This document shows positions 1 to 27,365 of a stretch of 64,000 nt of DNA, piece after piece (the stretch's first letter is position 1; each line of letters starts with the position of its first letter). This stretch comes from the human T2T-CHM13v2.0 reference genome, Homo sapiens. The DNA lies in the NCBI RefSeq assembly GCF_009914755.1, contig NC_060934.1; one strand, given 5' to 3'. The notes beneath the pieces were generated by a model. That model was not told the origin of the DNA. It worked only from the letters and a program-made list of their open reading frames with translations, and ran no database searches. The position numbers were made by a program, and so were the translations under genes.

Positions 1-722
1 GAGTGCAGCAGCAGTTGCTAAATTAGTTCAGATTTTTAAAACCTCTCCAGCCTTAAAAAAATATTTGCTTCTGCTTATTTATAGCACAGTGGGTAAATGG
101 AGTTAAGGCAAGATTTCTACCTACATTATATCATAGCTCCTAAAGGAGATGCAGGGAATTGAAACTCTGCTTTTGTTAAGGGATGTCAGTCTGATGGAGA
201 AATTGGGTGTTTGTTAGATCTTTATGAGAAACTGGAAACCTAATTGGTATTCACAAGTGAAAAGCTTAGTGTTGGGAAGAGTAACAGATTCCTACCTTCC
301 CTCCATATTAATTAAGATGATGTGATTGTGGCGACTTGACATTTTCTATTTGATCTACCTTAGGGTTGCAGCTAATTAGTTACCTAAGACTATTGCATAG
401 TGTGTGTTTTATACAGAGTATATTACATGTTAGCAACCAGAGCAACTGCTGTAGTAAAATTTTGTCCTGTTTTCTGCCATTTCGAGTTGCGAAAGGGTGT
501 TACATAATCTTAGATGATCATCAGGAGTATGTTTTGCTCACAGATAACGATGTAGACAAGTTTGTTTAACTTAAATTGACCTTGACTCCAGGTCAAATTG
601 GAGTCAACTCTGGTAAGATGATGAAACAATAACTTCTGAAATCTCTATTTGAAATGTCAGGATTTTTTTGTACGATTAGTGGGCACGTCTCAAAGAAATG
701 AAGAATTGAAATATTATACACC

Positions 723-1808
<1,086 letters not shown>

Positions 1809-2147
1809 TTCTTCCCTACTTAAAATAATTTGTTGAAATGGTTTATTTTCTTCTCAAGTTGCATTTGCTTTAATTTGTTGGCTAAATGCTTAAAAGGCTT
1901 AAAATTGGCCTGACTTAAAAATTCCTTATCTGTGTTAAAGATGGAATATGAGGTATGTTTAATTTTACTCAGTTATTTGGGAGTTTTATTTCTGAAATAA
2001 GGGTAGGGTTGTATTTTTATTTCTTAAAAGAAGTTTCAGACTAAAATTTTCTTTCTCAACTCTTACCTAATTATATGGTAAGAGAGCTAGCTAGTTCCTA
2101 TAAAGGTAGAAGATTTAATTTTACAAATTATGCCATGCACATTTTAG

Positions 2148-2300
2148 GTGTCTGTTTCATGTGGAATACCTGACTTCAGGTCAAGGGATGGTATTTATGC
2201 TCGCCTTGCTGTAGACTTCCCAGATCTTCCAGATCCTCAAGCGATGTTTGATATTGAATATTTCAGAAAAGATCCAAGACCATTCTTCAAGTTTGCAAAG
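2148..2300 (+). CDS. SIRT1: SIRT1 exon 4 (153 nt, phase 0-0): VSVSCGIPDFRSRDGIYARLAVDFPDLPDPQAMFDIEYFRKDPRPFFKFAK
   Basis: ttttag|GTG acceptor and AAG|gtacta donor. Translation contains the sirtuin GIPDFRS NAD-binding motif and matches human SIRT1. Confidence 0.98.
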
Positions 2301-2777
2301 GTACTATGAACTCTTCTGGTTGTTTCTTTGGCCTTCTCTCATGAAAAAGTATTTTGTTCACATACAGCCACCTTAAGGTTATCGTTCATTGTTTAGTAAA
2401 GTGAATGCTGCTACTGTGGCGGAGTAAGATCACTCATTATGGCTAGAATTCCTTTATTCCTAGAGGAGGACTATTATCTACTTCATTTTAGGAGTGAGCT
2501 TATTTTCAAAGAGATAGTTCATATTTTTAAAATTTGCACTGCAGCGATGGTCGTTATTCTGCCTGGGCTTTTTTAAGAGGTTTGCACACCATATAAAAGT
2601 AACATAACTTGTGATTTTTAATATTTTATTAGAGATTGTAAAGGTTATAACATCACTTTGGTGTTTCGTAGTCAAGTTTTAACATAAGGATGTGCCTGAA
2701 AAATCATTTGTAATTAGAGAATGGGAAGATTCTTGGGTTGCATTTTTGTCAGCAAATTGCAGAGGATCATTATTCTG

Positions 2778-2950
2778 CTCTAGAGTTGCACCGTCCAGTT
2801 CAGAAGCCACTAGCCACATGTGGCTGTTGAGTACTTGAAATGTATTGATATGTGCAATAAGTGTAGAAGACATATTGGATTTTAGAGATCCAGTATGGAA
2901 AATACAAAGTATTTCATTAGTTTTATTCATCAAATATTAAACAAATATTG
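2778..2950. mobile_element. MER3/MER33-like hAT-Charlie fragment
   Basis: agccactagccacatgtggctgttgagtacttgaaatgt core motif. Confidence 0.65.
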
Positions 2951-3018
2951 GTTTTTATATGGAAAAAATACTTAAAATTAATTTTGAATTCTTTTGAAAT
3001 ACTTTTGATATTGGGTTA

Positions 3019-3646
<628 letters not shown>

Positions 3647-3876
3647 AGTTTTCACCTTAATGTGGTTACTAAACAATTTAAAGTTATATGTATGTCTCAC
3701 ATTATGTACCTATTGTACAGCTCTACTTTAGCATAGAAAGTTTAATAATGCATTACACCATTCTCAAGAGATTGAGTCATTAGAAAACTGTTTTCTTTCC
3801 TGTATTTCAGTCTTTTGGAAAGAAATTACAAAATTTGTTATTGTTAAACTTGGAGGTATATATATTTGAAAGAGTC

Positions 3877-4190
3877 ATTTTATTTTATTTTACTTTAAGT
3901 GCCGGGATACATGTGCAGAATGCGCAGATTTGTTAACATAGGTATACATGTGCCATGGTGGTTTGCTGCATCTATCAACCTGTCATCTAGGTTGTAAGCC
4001 CCACATTCATTAGGTATTTGTCCTAATGCTTTTCCACCCCTTGCCCCCCACCTCCTGACAGGCCTCTGTGTGTGGTGTTCCCCACCCTGTGTCCATGTGT
4101 TCTTATTGTTCAACTCTCACTTATGAGTGAGGACATGTGGTGTTTGGTTTTCTGTTCTTGTGTTAGTTTGCTGAGGATGATGGCTTCCAG
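3877..4190 (-). mobile_element. 5'-truncated L1PA 3' end (L1PA7/8-like) with TSD TGAA(A/G)GAGTC
   Basis: L1PA 3'UTR sequence (gatacatgtgcagaa...gatgatggcttccag). Flanking direct repeat at 3867-3876 and 4191-4200. Confidence 0.88.
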
Positions 4191-4286
4191 TGAAGGAGTC
4201 TTGTATTAGTGGCTTTTTCCCCACCTAATCGTTAGAAGTTGTGAATAGGGACTTCTTTAATGAATCCAGAAGTTAATGAACCTAGC

Positions 4287-6787
<2,501 letters not shown>

Positions 6788-6857
6788 CTTAAATTTCATT
6801 TAGACTGGAAATTTCAAGTAATGGAGAGGTGTGTTAAGGAAGTTATTGCTCTGTTAG

Positions 6858-7937
<1,080 letters not shown>

Positions 7938-8034
7938 TGTTACAGTGTGCTTAGCTGTGGTACCACTTTGGATTCTTTCACACAAGAACAGTTAAGGCCA
8001 GTTTTAAAGCTGTGGGGCCATTTCTGAACTGTAT

Positions 8035-9596
<1,562 letters not shown>

Positions 9597-10551
9597 CTTG
9601 GCTGTTTTACTTTGCTTTCAATTTGTAGTATATTCTACTTAATATAATAAACTTACTTTCTGTGAGGTGCTTGAATACTTTTTAATGGTTATTTATGAAG
9701 TGGTGAACTGTAATTCTGTATTTGTACATTTGGATGTACAAATAGTGTTGCTACAGTTGTCCTTTTTTGGTATGTCTCCAGTGTTCTTAGGATAAATTCC
9801 TGAAAGTGAATTTCAGTTTTGAATTTCAGAGAAACATGTCAAAGTTCTTCTTTAAGCCTTTAAGTCTCCTGATATGTTTTGTCGTATTGCAGCTTGGAAA
9901 GGTTGAAATAAAATCTTCTATTAGGGCTGGGTGCAGTGGCTCATGCCTGTAATCCGAGCACTTTGGGATTTAGCTGATTTGGCTGATTTATCATGCCACT
10001 GCCACCTGTATCCACCCAAAATCCACAAAAACCCCAGGATACATTCTTAGCATTAAAAAAAAAGTTATATAAATATATATAATTATATATATATTTGAGA
10101 CAGGGCCTGTCTCTGATACCCAGACGTGTGCAGTATCTTTCAAAAATCATATATCTATATATAGTTTGCCCCTTCCTTCAGTCTTTGCTGCCCCTAATAT
10201 CTGTCCTTAATGGTTACCATGGTGAAACTCTTGGAAATCATTCAGGGGGAAAAAAAATTTGTGTTGGGATAGGGGAGGGATGTCAGCATAAGTTTTTAAT
10301 ACTTGATAAATGATTGCCAACAGAATCAAAAACACCTTGTTTTCTATCTTTTTTCACCATATAATATTCTTGAGAATAATTTCGTAACAGCACTTAACAG
10401 ATATACCTTATTTTTCAAAGAAGGCTGTGTAGCATTCTATTTTAAAGTTGTTTCACAGTATATGAGTCTCCTATTGATAGGTATCTGCATTTTTGTCTTT
10501 TTGATCTAGGGTTGTTTTTAAGGCAGTTTAAAAACTATAGTAAGTAAAAGA

Positions 10552-12095
<1,544 letters not shown>

Positions 12096-12209
12096 TCCAG
12101 TGCTGGATTTTCATATCAAAACAGGGCTCTGCTACTTACTTGCTCTTGTGACCAAAATGGCAAGTTAGGTTTGTTTTGTATTTGTTTTCATCTGCATCGG
12201 GGTATATGT

Positions 12210-13250
<1,041 letters not shown>

Positions 13251-13554
13251 TGAAATACAGTTGAATTTGTCATATGACCAATTTATTAGTATTGATTAAG
13301 ATGTTGAGCAGTTTATTCAAGTGTGGTTTTGTGGAATGAAAGAGACAGGAGGGATTATGAGGACTCTCCTTAGCAGGATTGATGCATTTCACTTTTTTTG
13401 ACAGGAAGGAAAGTTTAGGTTCTATTTTCTCAGCAACTCTACTTAACTGCCTCCATCTGAACTATATATAGGAGGGGGTGGATATCAGCAAAGATTAACA
13501 TCAGTAAATTTTGATGAATTCTCTAAAAATTCTGATTTTTAAAGAGGGAATTTT

Positions 13555-15670
<2,116 letters not shown>

Positions 15671-16904
15671 CTAAATCTAGTGTCCCATACATCTTTGTGT
15701 TTCTTACTCTACCCTTTAGAAAGGGTGGGGGTGGACGTGGATAAGGCACACAGTTAATTCAGGGACGGTGGAGTCTTGGTACTTGCTCTTTTTCCCTGAC
15801 CTTGCTTTGGAGTTATTTTATTTTTTAAATTCTGCATTTGGCATGCTATTATCACTTGCTTACTATTATAGGTCCTATTTTATCTGTTGCCTAGCATATT
15901 CTCATAGTGCCTAAAATACTCTAAAAGCTATTTCCAGAGGGAGCTTTAATGAGACATACAATGCTTAATCTCTCAAATGTAAATGTACTAGAACAAAGCA
16001 TTCTGGGGAAGAAAACAGTGGTTGATTTAACTGAACTCACTTTTCCAAAACAGTGGCTTTTGATTTTCTGTAAACATTGACTTTATTAAGCTTTTCCCTT
16101 GCTACTATATGCACTCTCTATTTCTTAAATTGCAAAGAGTTATTCATGAAATTTGTGATAAATATTTGAATCTAAGGCAACGTTTTTGGATTCTTTATAC
16201 GAGGTTTTTAGCAGCATGTGTACATGTATGTGATAGCTGTTAACGGAATTCACTTAAGTTTTACTTAGAAGCCTGGGTAGTAGAACCTAGAAGTTGCAGT
16301 GGGAATTTTTTTTTAATTTGAAAGATTAAATAGGTAAAAAGTCATCTTTAATCTCTATTAAACTTTTTTGTATAATGTCAGAAGTGAAAGTTCCCCACAT
16401 CTGCTTACAGCCTGTTTGTATCCTTCCTGACTTGATTGATTAAATGGACATCTCTATATACATATGCATATAATTTCAATTTTTGCTTAGTAACAAAAAC
16501 AAAAGTTACACATACTGGTGACTAATTTGCTTTTTTCACGTATGTCATGAACCATTTTCCAGGGCAGTTCATCTAGATCTCCCTCAATTCTTTTTAATGG
16601 CTACATATTCCACTATTATGGATGTACCATATTTATACAACCGGTTCCCTATTGATGGACATATGGTTGTGTCTAGTTTTTTGCTAGCATTGTGATAGAT
16701 TAGAGCCTGTAATGAATGGTAAGGAAGTAAGTAGATGATAGCACTACTACTTTGAAGGAAAAAGTAGAGAATAAACTTCCTTTGCCATAGTCACTTACTA
16801 AATGGAATTTAATAAAAACACTGTCAAAAGTTGGGAGGACCAAAATTGATACTTTTTCTCTGATCTTTTTGCCATGTGTATATCTGAATTCTTTGTTTTT
16901 AAAG

Positions 16905-17029
16905 AAGAAACAGCATTGAAGCATTATTTGGGGGGAAAAACACACACACAAAATCCAGCAACTCAGCATTCATGAGCAACTCTATACTATACCAGTATGT
17001 GCCTGTGCAGTGGAAGGAAAACAATTTTG
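16905..17029 (+). CDS. SIRT1: SIRT1 alternative exon in intron 4. ATG at 16997 gives MCLCSGRKTIL, in frame with exon 5 (predicted 444-aa isoform)
   Basis: Pyrimidine tract ctttgtttttaaag| acceptor and TTG|gtaagg donor. The 33 nt from ATG to donor is phase 0, matching exon 5. I recall this N-terminus from an annotated short SIRT1 isoform. Confidence 0.75.
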
Positions 17030-17531
17030 GTAAGGATTAAAACTTTAGCTTTAAACTTCCAGCAGGTTGATATTCTAATGAATGATAAATCAAAAAAAAA
17101 TTTTAAATATTCTTGTATTGACAGTGCTTTTTTTTTTAAATCACCCTACCTTGATATCTGTAATTTTAGTTTAAACTTTCCCATTTTTCTTTAAAGAAAA
17201 AAATCTGAATTTGCAGCCAACAAAAATTAGATATCCTAAGGTTGTATTACTTCTGACTTTTATTAAAATATCAACATTTCTTAGAGATGTTTATGGGCCG
17301 ACTTTGTCTTTTTCTTCAAGGGGCCAAGTTCACTAATTGCTGAGTTTTATGCATATGACAGCAACCGTCCTTTTGTAGGTGTGTGTCGCATCCATCTAGA
17401 TACTTTAAAATGCTCATCTATTTCATTTTTAAAATTATGTGTGTGGGATTATCAGTATTTTTTTGTTAAACATATGACATCTGTAGTTTATTTCACTAAT
17501 GTAAATTTTTTCTACCATTTGCTTGATACAG

Positions 17532-17679
17532 GAAATATATCCTGGACAATTCCAGCCATCTCTCTGTCACAAATTCATAGCCCTGTCAGATAAGGAAGGA
17601 AAACTACTTCGCAACTATACCCAGAACATAGACACGCTGGAACAGGTTGCGGGAATCCAAAGGATAATTCAGTGTCATG
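17532..17679 (+). CDS. SIRT1: SIRT1 exon 5 (148 nt): EIYPGQFQPSLCHKFIALSDKEGKLLRNYTQNIDTLEQVAGIQRIIQCH; catalytic His363 codon at 17676-17678
   Basis: gatacag|GAA acceptor and CATG|gttagt donor. Contains the TQNID motif and the start of the HG motif. Confidence 0.98.
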
Positions 17680-17954
17680 GTTAGTAAACTTCAGAGTGGT
17701 TTTCTGTAATTTATTTTAGTTTTATAGGAAGATATTTCCTATAAAGCTGACTGCCATCGAGAAGTGGAGATAAAGCATTATTTAATCATGTTATCTCATT
17801 TATCGATAACCTCAGAAAAGTAGAAAACAAAAATAATAAAAACAGAAGTATTGGCCTTGACAGTTAATTATAGAAAACCTCAGATGTTAATTTGCTTTTG
17901 ATTTCAAAAGATGCTGCAGTTGCATGCATGCAATTATTTTAAATAATCTTTTCT

Positions 17955-18259
17955 GGCTGAGTGCAGTGGCTCACGCCTGTAATCCTAGCACTTTGGGAAG
18001 CCGAGGCGGGCAGATCCCATGAAGCCAAGAGTTCGAGAACAGCTTGGCCAACATGGTGAAATCCCAACTCTACTAGAAATACTAAAATTAGCCGGGCATG
18101 GTGGCAGGCGCCTGTAATCCCAGCTACTCAGGAGGCTGAGGCACGAGAATCACTTGAACCTGGGAGTTGGAGGTTGCAGCGAGCCAAGATTGCACCATTG
18201 CGCTCCAGCCTGGGAGACAGTGAGACTCTGTCAAAAAAAAAAAAAAAAAAGAAAAAGAA
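17955..18259 (+). mobile_element. Alu in SIRT1 intron 5
   Basis: Full dimeric Alu with A-tail. Confidence 0.93.
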
Positions 18260-18787
18260 ATTCTGAATACAAGAGTAGTATTAGCTGTTAATGAAGAAAT
18301 GTGACATCTTTAGTTTATGAAACTAAAAGAACTGGATAGTTGAGATGTACAGGATTCAGAGATTCAGAAATGTTTAAAACAAGTATCAACAGGCCATTAG
18401 GTATCTAAAGTGTTTCTAAGAACTGCCGAGCTAAGGTAATAGAGTTGGAACTGTCCAACTCTGCAGGATTTTAGCCCTGGAGGAGTGAGCTGTTACAGTT
18501 TTGTTGAAAAGAGTAGCTTTAGAAGGCATCATTATATTAGTGTCTCAGAGATTGAGAATCATATTCATTCTATGTATAAATATATAAATTCTTCATCCCC
18601 TAGATTCTCCTGTAGTATATCACAAAATCTGCAGTGTGTTCTGAGGTTTAAAATCAAAGTTAAAAACAAAAACAAAAATCCTTAAACCCTCTTAACATTT
18701 GTGATGTTAAACTTTATAACGTTTGTGGTGTGTTCAAGAAACAGAAATACTTCTTTAATAAAGCATATATATGTTGTTTGTTTTTAG

Positions 18788-18867
18788 GTTCCTTTGCAAC
18801 AGCATCTTGCCTGATTTGTAAATACAAAGTTGACTGTGAAGCTGTACGAGGAGATATTTTTAATCAG
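18788..18867 (+). CDS. SIRT1: SIRT1 exon 6 (80 nt): GSFATASCLICKYKVDCEAVRGDIFNQ, first Zn-binding CxxC
   Basis: tttttag|GT acceptor and CAG|gtaatt donor. Frame is continuous with exons 5 and 7. Confidence 0.98.
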
Positions 18868-19362
18868 GTAATTTGTTGCCCATATTTTAGGAATTGTTCA
18901 TGTCTCTGAAGTATTTCTTCTTTTGCCTCAAAATCCTTTTTTACCCCTTTAAAGTATATATGGTACAGAAAGATTCAGGAAGAAAATAGTTAGCATTTGG
19001 GAATTTTGGTAAAATACACGAGAACCTTTCAATACCTTATATAGAAAACAGCCCTATAAAGGCTCTTCAAATTATGAAATTGGCTTCTTAGTATCTAAGC
19101 CGAACATAAAATGTCAGATCATAAGCAAGTTGTTGTTGTAGTAGTTTTTCTCCTTCCTCTCCCTTTTTGTGCCTGTCAGATTTGGACCTTAAATTAGTTA
19201 TGGTAATCTAAAATTATTTCATACATGTTCATTGCCAAAAAATATAGGAAAATTTGGCAGAAAATAAAAATTATCCAGAAATATGTCCTGTGTGCTTAGC
19301 AATATATGGAGGTAATCATGTCATTACGAAAGAGGAAGAATAGTATATTAAAATGGAGTCAT

Positions 19363-19654
19363 TGGTCGGGTGCAGTGGCTCATGCTTGTAATCCCAGCAC
19401 TTTGGGAGGACGAGGTGGGTCGATCATTTGAGGTCAGAAGTGAGACCAGCCTGGCCAACATGGCAAAACCCCGTCTCTCTTAAAAATACAAAAATTAGCC
19501 TGGCATGGTGGCATATGCCTTTAATCTCAGCTGCTTGGGAGGCTGAGGCAGGAGAATTATTTGAACTCGGGAGGTGGAGGTTGTAGTGAGCTGAGATCAT
19601 GCCACTTCACTCCAGGCTGGGCAACAGAACAAGACTCCATCTCAAATAAATAAA
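19363..19654 (+). mobile_element. Alu in SIRT1 intron 6
   Basis: Full Alu with aaatggagtcatt/aaatggaatcatt TSD. Confidence 0.93.
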
Positions 19655-19997
19655 ATGGAATCATTTTATTTGACAAATGTCTATTTTTTTTTGAAAGGAT
19701 CAATTCCCATTTAGTGTATATACACACATTATGTTTTTCCTCTTAATATATGATGGACTCTTCAATGTCAAGTGTTTTTCTACATAGATATTATAACAAG
19801 AGCATAGTATTTCATTGTTTCATAGTATGTTAATAAACTACCCATCATTGACAGTTGCTGTTTATCCATAGCTTTTCTGTTTTGTTTTTTTTTTAATAAT
19901 TCTGAAATGTATTCTTAGAGGTATGGAAATGTTGACTATTTCTAACTTGGGCTTACTCTTTGCTTCTCTACCTCAACCAAAATCTGAAAATATGTAG

Positions 19998-20184
19998 GTA
20001 GTTCCTCGATGTCCTAGGTGCCCAGCTGATGAACCGCTTGCTATCATGAAACCAGAGATTGTGTTTTTTGGTGAAAATTTACCAGAACAGTTTCATAGAG
20101 CCATGAAGTATGACAAAGATGAAGTTGACCTCCTCATTGTTATTGGGTCTTCCCTCAAAGTAAGACCAGTAGCACTAATTCCAA
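19998..20184 (+). CDS. SIRT1: SIRT1 exon 7 (187 nt): [62 protein letters not shown]
   Basis: tgtag|GTA acceptor and CCAA|gtaagt donor. Contains the second CxxC plus the FGE and GSSLKV sirtuin motifs. Confidence 0.98.
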
Positions 20185-20313
20185 GTAAGTTGGTGATGGT
20201 TTTTGGAGAACATTTCTATATATAATGTCATGGGTTGTGGGTCTGTATAATAGACGCTAGTAATCTTAACTCTGCTTCTGTTTGAAAGAGTGGTGAAGAG
20301 CTAATTTTAGAAA

Positions 20314-22805
<2,492 letters not shown>

Positions 22806-22829
22806 CACCTTCTTTATATCAGGAGCTAC

Positions 22830-23015
22830 TTAAGTAGAACATTTATGTACCAAGAACTCTTCTGTGCACTTGACTAACTCATTTAATCCTCACCACAGTC
22901 TTGTGGAGAAGTACTATTATCATCCCCATTCTGCAGACAAGGAAATTTGAGGTTCAGAGTGGGAAAGTCTGGGAAGATTGCTCAGGGGTAACCAGGTGAT
23001 AGGAGCAGAACTTGA
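22830..23015 (-). mobile_element. MIR
   Basis: MIR core: ctcatttaatcctcac...tattatcatccccattctgcagacaaggaaatttgagg. Confidence 0.75.
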
Positions 23016-23215
23016 GCGTTTTATAAAAGACACTTAACTGCCCATCTGCTTGCTTGATGAAATGTAATGGCTTGGTTAAGTATTTAGTGCATGGGTCTTT
23101 TTTGGGAATTTGGAGCTCAAGCCCTTGTTGGATTTTTGCATAATGTATCTGTTGTGGTTTTATTAGCTTACTTCCTCCTCCCTTTTTCTAACTCTTATTT
23201 TTCACCCTATTTTAG

Positions 23216-23773
23216 GTTCCATACCCCATGAAGTGCCTCAGATATTAATTAATAGAGAACCTTTGCCTCATCTGCATTTTGATGTAGAGCTTCTTGGAGA
23301 CTGTGATGTCATAATTAATGAATTGTGTCATAGGTTAGGTGGTGAATATGCCAAACTTTGCTGTAACCCTGTAAAGCTTTCAGAAATTACTGAAAAACCT
23401 CCACGAACACAAAAAGAATTGGCTTATTTGTCAGAGTTGCCACCCACACCTCTTCATGTTTCAGAAGACTCAAGTTCACCAGAAAGAACTTCACCACCAG
23501 ATTCTTCAGTGATTGTCACACTTTTAGACCAAGCAGCTAAGAGTAATGATGATTTAGATGTGTCTGAATCAAAAGGTTGTATGGAAGAAAAACCACAGGA
23601 AGTACAAACTTCTAGGAATGTTGAAAGTATTGCTGAACAGATGGAAAATCCGGATTTGAAGAATGTTGGTTCTAGTACTGGGGAGAAAAATGAAAGAACT
23701 TCAGTGGCTGGAACAGTGAGAAAATGCTGGCCTAATAGAGTGGCAAAGGAGCAGATTAGTAGGCGGCTTGATG
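23216..23773 (+). CDS. SIRT1: SIRT1 exon 8 (558 nt, phase 1-1): SIPHEVPQILINREPLPHLHFDVELLGDCD...QISRRLD
   Basis: ttttag|GT acceptor and GATG|gtaaga donor. Covered by ORF 23233..23808; INRE and LGDCD motifs present. Confidence 0.98.
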
Positions 23774-24034
23774 GTAAGAAAGGCAGTCGGACCATTTTGA
23801 AAGTATAAATGTCATAACAGTATTTCCAAAAAATTAGCTATTTCGGCAGGTTAATCGATAGGGTAGCTTTATGTAGTTGATTCTGTTTAGAGAAACTGTA
23901 CAGTTCGTAATCAGAAAGGTAAATCTTCTGGTATCTTAACATGATATGGAGAAGGAAGTGTTTAATAGTGCTCTGTATGTTGTGTTTCTCTAGGGGATGG
24001 AAAAATAAGAATGGGTTATTAGCTGGCAGAAATG

Positions 24035-24242
24035 ATGACAGATTTGAGTGCTTACTGTAGGTCAGCTGCTTTACATATGTTACCTGATTTTAATCTGAGG
24101 TAGGAACTATTACTCTTCTTCAGGTGGGAAAACTCAGGACCATAGAGGTTAAATACCTCATGCACAGTAACTACTAAGAAGTGGAAGAACCAGATTAAAA
24201 TCCAGTCTATTTATGCTTAGAGCCTGCCCCCTTAACTACTAT
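24035..24242 (-). mobile_element. MIR
   Basis: Degenerate MIR core (tgagtgcttactg...caggtgggaaaactcagg...agaggttaaat). Confidence 0.6.
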
Positions 24243-24777
24243 GCGGTGTTGTCTCAGATGTAGAACACATCTTTGTTTTCTCTGAGGACTTAGAAAAAAC
24301 ACGCGTGATTCTTCTCCACTGAATATAGGAATAGTTTCTACCCTGTTTAGAACATGCATAGTCTTTATCAATAAGTGTTAACTGACATGTGAAATCACTT
24401 TCTACTCTTTGGAAGCCGATGTTTTAAGTCCAAGTAGTCTGTATGGTGGAAATTCCTAACTTATGTTAAAAAAAAGAAAACCACTGTAACTTAGCTATAA
24501 CAGTCTTATATAACTTAGAACTTTAAGTCTCATTCCATTTACCATACTTGGCGAAAACTGACAAATTTTAGACAACTGTATTTGAGTATTCCAGTCATTT
24601 GCTGTAAATACATTTTAGTTCAGTTGAATAAACCTTTGGCCTTTTTCATATTAGGCACTGTGGTAAGTTATGGAGACACAGTGATTAATGTTGTGTATAA
24701 TTATAAATGTGAGTGATACTCATTAATACTTTGGTATAGGTGCTGCTGAAGAACAAAGTACTTTATTATTGTTTTGA

Positions 24778-26862
<2,085 letters not shown>

Positions 26863-27005
26863 CAGTTGTTTTTAAACACTAATAGTAGTCTTTCATAAGG
26901 ACACTTATAATAAAGGCAGAGCTGGAACCCACACTTCATTCCAGACTGCTCAGACTGAGTTAGTGTTAGAAAACTGAAAGTAACATTTTTATTACTGTAT
27001 TTCAG

Positions 27006-27334
27006 GTAATCAGTATCTGTTTTTGCCACCAAATCGTTACATTTTCCATGGCGCTGAGGTATATTCAGACTCTGAAGATGACGTCTTATCCTCTAGTTCT
27101 TGTGGCAGTAACAGTGATAGTGGGACATGCCAGAGTCCAAGTTTAGAAGAACCCATGGAGGATGAAAGTGAAATTGAAGAATTCTACAATGGCTTAGAAG
27201 ATGAGCCTGATGTTCCAGAGAGAGCTGGAGGAGCTGGATTTGGGACTGATGGAGATGATCAAGAGGCAATTAATGAAGCTATATCTGTGAAACAGGAAGT
27301 AACAGACATGAACTATCCATCAAACAAATCATAG
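27006..27334 (+). CDS. SIRT1: SIRT1 exon 9 coding part: GNQYLFLPPNRYIFHGAEVYSD (C-terminal regulatory segment) ... MNYPSNKS*
   Basis: ttcag|GT acceptor; ORF 27023..27334; TAG stop at 27332-27334. Confidence 0.98.
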
Positions 27335-27365
27335 TGTAATAATTGTGCAGGTACAGGAATTGTTC

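Noticed and set aside
9925-10050. 44-bp Alu 5' stub followed by an unassigned segment with a short gctgattt repeat
   Set aside because: Could not be assigned to any family or function; most likely a deletion scar in degenerate repeat sequence.
23454-23795. 113-aa antisense ORF over SIRT1 exon 8
   Set aside because: A shadow of the coding strand with a non-ATG start and no independent splice or promoter evidence.
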